From Lingula anatina (Eukaryota > Animalia > Brachiopoda), in the NCBI GenBank assembly GCA_051362555.1, contig CM120643.1, positions 29,330,848 to 29,394,847 on the forward strand: a stretch of DNA of 64,000 nucleotides, written 5' to 3'. Made by a program: the position numbers and the translations under genes. Below are positions 60,101-64,000 of the stretch, in pieces; position 1 is the stretch's first letter; every line of letters starts with the position of its first letter. Under the pieces are notes generated by a model that saw only the letters and a program-made list of their open reading frames with translations, was not told the origin of the DNA and did no database searches.

Positions 60101-62798
60101 TGCCAATATGTGAAAAATTAAATTTTCACAAAAAAAACTGTTTAACTGCCAGAAAAATTACCAAACAGACTGCATTGCCTACTGAAGCTGTATTTTAGTC
60201 CCATGTTTCTTTCCTGTAAGTTTGAGAACAGTAAGTGACATGATTTTCCTTAAATGCTCATCATGGGAGCAGTGCCCAAAATAGAGATTTCTACAAATTT
60301 TAATGCAACATTACATAATGTTTAACAGCATAATGACCATCAATTTTTAATAATAAAATATTAGTATCATGGATATTCAGAAAATGTGACTAGCAAAGGT
60401 CTTCAGGCCCATGGAACTTCAAAGTCACACCTTGAAAATGCCAAAATGTAAACAAGACAGCACTTTTCTGAAATGGGTTTATTACCATTTTTAACACTTT
60501 TTAAACATAAAACAAAATTAATAGTTTACTGCCATTTTTATATGATCAACTAACAAAATTGATGAGATGGGAAAAATATCAATAGAACAGTGTTAAATGT
60601 CCAATTTCCTCCATTCTGAGATTCTGAACATAGTGGATGATTGAATCTGACAAACTGCAATGATATGTTTATTTCCATTTTTGACACTTCATTACACAAT
60701 ACACGATAACAAGTTTACCATCATTTTTACATAATCAACTAACAATGTTGTAAAGATGCAGAAAATGTCAAACAAACACTTTTACGTATCTTATTAGTTC
60801 AATAACGAGACTATTAACTTGCCTAGTAATTGAATCTGAGGAAATGTGAAAAAAAGCATAACTTCTAAAATAATGGCACGATTATGCTGATTTTCTAACT
60901 CAAACTGTGTTTTAGTAAGATTGACCACTCCTGCCAGTACAATGACAATTGGCCTATCTGTTTTTCTTATATTGTGTTATTGTGTTATAAGTGTTATACG
61001 TATATGCTGAAAAAAGTGAAAAAACAGCATAACTTCCATAAAAATGGCCCGATCATGCTGATTTTCGAACTTGGCCTGCATATTATGAATATTCATCAGT
61101 TCTATATGTTTCAAGCCAAAAAGTAAAGCAGTTTTTCACTTATTGTGTTATCAGTGTTGCATATATGCTGAAAAAAAAGTGAAAAACAGTATAACTTCCA
61201 TAAAAATGGCCCGATCACGCTGATTTTCGAACTTGACCTGCGTATTATGAATATTCATCAGTTCTGCAGGTTTCAAGCCAAAAGATAAAACGGTTCTTCA
61301 CTTATTGTGTTATTGGTGAAAGTGCACAATGGCAACGACGGCGACGACGACAGACGCAGATGATAGCTATATGTACAGACACATCTGTGTCTGTACATAA
61401 AAACATTTAAAATCAAATCAATCCAGCACAGTAGTCTTAAATTATTGATGAAGTTATTTTTCTGATTCAGGATTCAATTCTATATCCTGGTACTTGACTT
61501 TAATTAACAGTGCTTAAATTTTGTATTAATTTATTAGCTTTTTTCAAATCTTACCTAGCATATTTCAGGAAATCAATTCTTCTGGGAAAGCACAAAGGTA
61601 GAATGAAGAGAACAGAGGTTATACTAATTGTGAACTTGCGATTCATGTACCAGCTATAGCAGAAATCTGGCCTGACTTTATAAAGCACTGAAAAATACAG
61701 AAGTAAAATATGTAATAAATTTCTTGTCAGTCTTTCAAATCAATTGTAAGTATAATCTCTAGAAATCCAAGAATACAAACATATTTACATTTAAATATTC
61801 TGAACTAAAAGCAAAGATTGTAACCAGAAATATATACAGCAAAAAGAAAAACAAAAAAGAAAAACAAAAAAATTAAAAAACATATCACTTCCATTTCCTA
61901 CTTTGATGGCAAATAAATCTAAAAATTATTTTTAAAAACTCTGACTACATTGTACACAGCAAAGCATTCTCTACATAACAATAATTTTAATTATAATACT
62001 TACATTTGTCCCAGTTGTCCCCTATGATAATAAAGAATGTTATACAAGTCCCAAAACAATAGAGCACGATACACAGGGAACAGGCAGCTTGAGCCCACTT
62101 CCCGCACATGGCGTAGACAACATCCTGATAGGTGGCGCTCTGGTGTATGTCGGAGCAGTATGCCAGCAATACCAAGGCCCCGCATATGAATAACATCAAC
62201 ACCTGAAGACAAAGGATATATGATAGATATAATACAACAGATTTAAGAATTTTGATTTATTTATTTTTTTTTTTTTTGAAAATACATGGTGTCACTAAAA
62301 TACATTAAATGCTGGTTTAAGATTCTTTAGTCACAACATATTTGTTTTACTAGAGAATTCTTTAGTGATTAAATCTGATCATTCTCTGAGAGATTGAGAC
62401 ACTGACAACGAAATAGCCAGGCTATTATATAAGAGAGATATCACCCAAATGTCCTTTACATAAGGAACTAACTTAACTGGTTCTACTTACTGCCTGTACC
62501 ACTACAGCTACCAGTACTTACTGCCTGTACCACTACAGCTACCAGTACTTACTGCCTGTACCACTACAGCTACCAGTACTTACTGCCTGTACCACTACAG
62601 CTACCAGTACTTACTGCCTGTACCACTACAGCTACCAATACTTACTGCCTGTACCACTACCGCTACCAGTACTTACTGCCTGTACCACTACAGCTACCAG
62701 AACTCCCCCTGCCTGGTTGTAAGCATAAGGAAACTCCAGGAGACCAGCTCCTAGTGCTGCATTTACTACCAGGAATACAGAGGCTCCCCATGAGGTTC
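56325..62798 (-). CDS. SLC38A7: Sodium-coupled neutral amino acid transporter 7 (SNAT7); first exon(s) lie beyond the window
   Basis: Exons 62798-62677, 62202-62004, 61687-61555, 58500-58405, 58138-58081, 57593-57334, 57067-56868, 56518-56325 join in phase. Peptides [52 protein letters not shown] and [16 protein letters not shown] match SLC38A7/8. Confidence 0.92.
58700..61403 (+). mobile_element. Helentron/HINE-like family B, long copy with nested insertions
   Basis: 5' aacaaggcagcaaagctgtcaaatgtacagac (subterminal atgtacagac), internal repeats, acgacggcgacgacg microsatellite, 3' hairpin atgtacagacacatctgtgtctgtacat followed by an A-run. Confidence 0.7.
59254..59476 (+). mobile_element. Short Helentron/HINE-like family C element
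   Basis: aactagaaaagcactctgagagcgcagacctctgccaa ... gacagacaaaca ... aacataacctccttggcagaggtaa: subterminal inverted repeat acctctgccaa/ttggcagaggt plus 3' hairpin. Confidence 0.75.
62484..62700 (-). repeat. Tandem array (7 x 31 bp) of an SLC38A7 exon end and splice donor
   Basis: Minus-strand unit ctggtagctgtagtggtacaggca|gtaagta; donor G at 62676, 62645, 62614, 62583, 62552, 62521, 62490. Confidence 0.95.
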
Positions 62799-62960
62799 CT
62801 GAAAAATCAAATTTCTATAATAAATTATAGTAGTCCTCCATATACTTCTAAATATGAGTTTTTAATATATGTACTAGTATAATGTACATTCCTTAACTTA
62901 AGTGTGTTTGTGGTTTCAGTAATTCTGTAAAAACATGACTCTTTTTGTTAATAATAATTT

Positions 62961-64000
62961 AAACTAGAGGATCAGAGAGGCGATACCGCCTCCGAATATT
63001 GTACCACCAGCTGGAGCAAGCGCATTCGTATAGACCACCACATACACAAAAGAAGGGACACAGCCACCAGTCTAATGCTTGACAAGCTGTAAAAATGCAA
63101 TCAACAAGAATTTTCAAAATATGCAAAAAATATATATAACTTAAAATGGTACAATCAAAGTTAAGTTCATCGTAAGGTAGGTCAAAGGTCAATTTCAAGG
63201 TCACAGTAAATTGCCAATATATGACTTCCTATTCAACTTTAATGGTAACTATGGACCTATCTCTGCCAGGTTTGGAGATAAAAGAGAAAGAAATTTGCAA
63301 AATTCAGTTCATAGTGAAAAGTAGGTCAAAGGTCAATTTCAAGGTCACACTTAGATTGCCAGTATATGACTTTCCATGCAAGTTCAATAGAAACTATGGA
63401 CCCATCTCTGACTTCTTATTCAAGTTCAATAGTAACTATGGACCTATCTCTGCCAGTTTTGTAGATAAAAGGGAAGAAAAATATGCAAAGTTCAGTTCAT
63501 GGTGAAAAGTAGGTCAAAGGTCAATTTCAAGGTCACAGTAAAATTGCCAGTATATGACTTCCTATTCAACTTCAATAGTAACTATGGACCTACCTCTGCC
63601 AGTTTTGGAGATATAAGGGACTAAATGTTTTAATTTTGGAGTTACCATAATGTGCCATAAATTTCCTACAGAAAAAATTAATTAAAATAAAGAAAAGGTC
63701 ATTTTGGTCAAAATTCTTGAAATAAGAGGTGTTCTGAAGTTCCAGATGTTCAAATTTGATGAAATAATGTCATTTTTGACGACAAGTTGTCTGCTTTGCC
63801 AAGCCTTATGTTTTATTTTTCCGGAGTTCAAAATTTATTATCCATTACAGTACTGCACATTTTGCTTTCACCACCAATATGTGCCAGTATATGACTTCCT
63901 ATTCAAGTTCAATAAAAACTATGGACCTATCCAGTTTTGGAGATAAAAGGGAAGCAAAATTTGCAAAGTTCAGTTCATGGTGAAAAGTAGGTCAAAGGTC
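62961..64000 (+). mobile_element. Helentron/HINE-like family A copy, truncated by the window end
   Basis: Near-identical 5' end to 45264, followed by core tandem units. Confidence 0.8.

Overview
AT-rich, intron-containing animal genomic DNA, most likely a marine invertebrate such as a lophotrochozoan (inference from gene content and repeat types). It is not prokaryotic. Seven protein-coding genes could be spliced by hand with consistent GT-AG phases: the 3' half of GLG1 (+), a CHST11-like sulfotransferase (+), an intronless CYP1-like P450 (-) with TATA, XRE and ARE motifs upstream, SLC35C2 (+), an N4BP1/KHNYN-like KH-NYN ribonuclease (-), BBS4 (+, head-to-head with the N4BP1-like gene) and most of SLC38A7 (-). 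Introns are crowded with non-autonomous DNA elements: Harbinger-type MITEs, three Helentron/HINE-like families (nested three deep in one intron), hAT-like elements and a foldback element. The most unusual signal is recurrent local duplication of exon sequence into the adjacent intron. Five cases in four genes copy the splice junction itself: BBS4 has 10 tandem acceptor units, SLC38A7 has 7 tandem donors, GLG1 has a duplicated donor and SLC35C2 has two decayed duplicated acceptors. A sixth case in BBS4 is an exon-internal echo. In each junction case the exon-proximal site gives the conserved protein.
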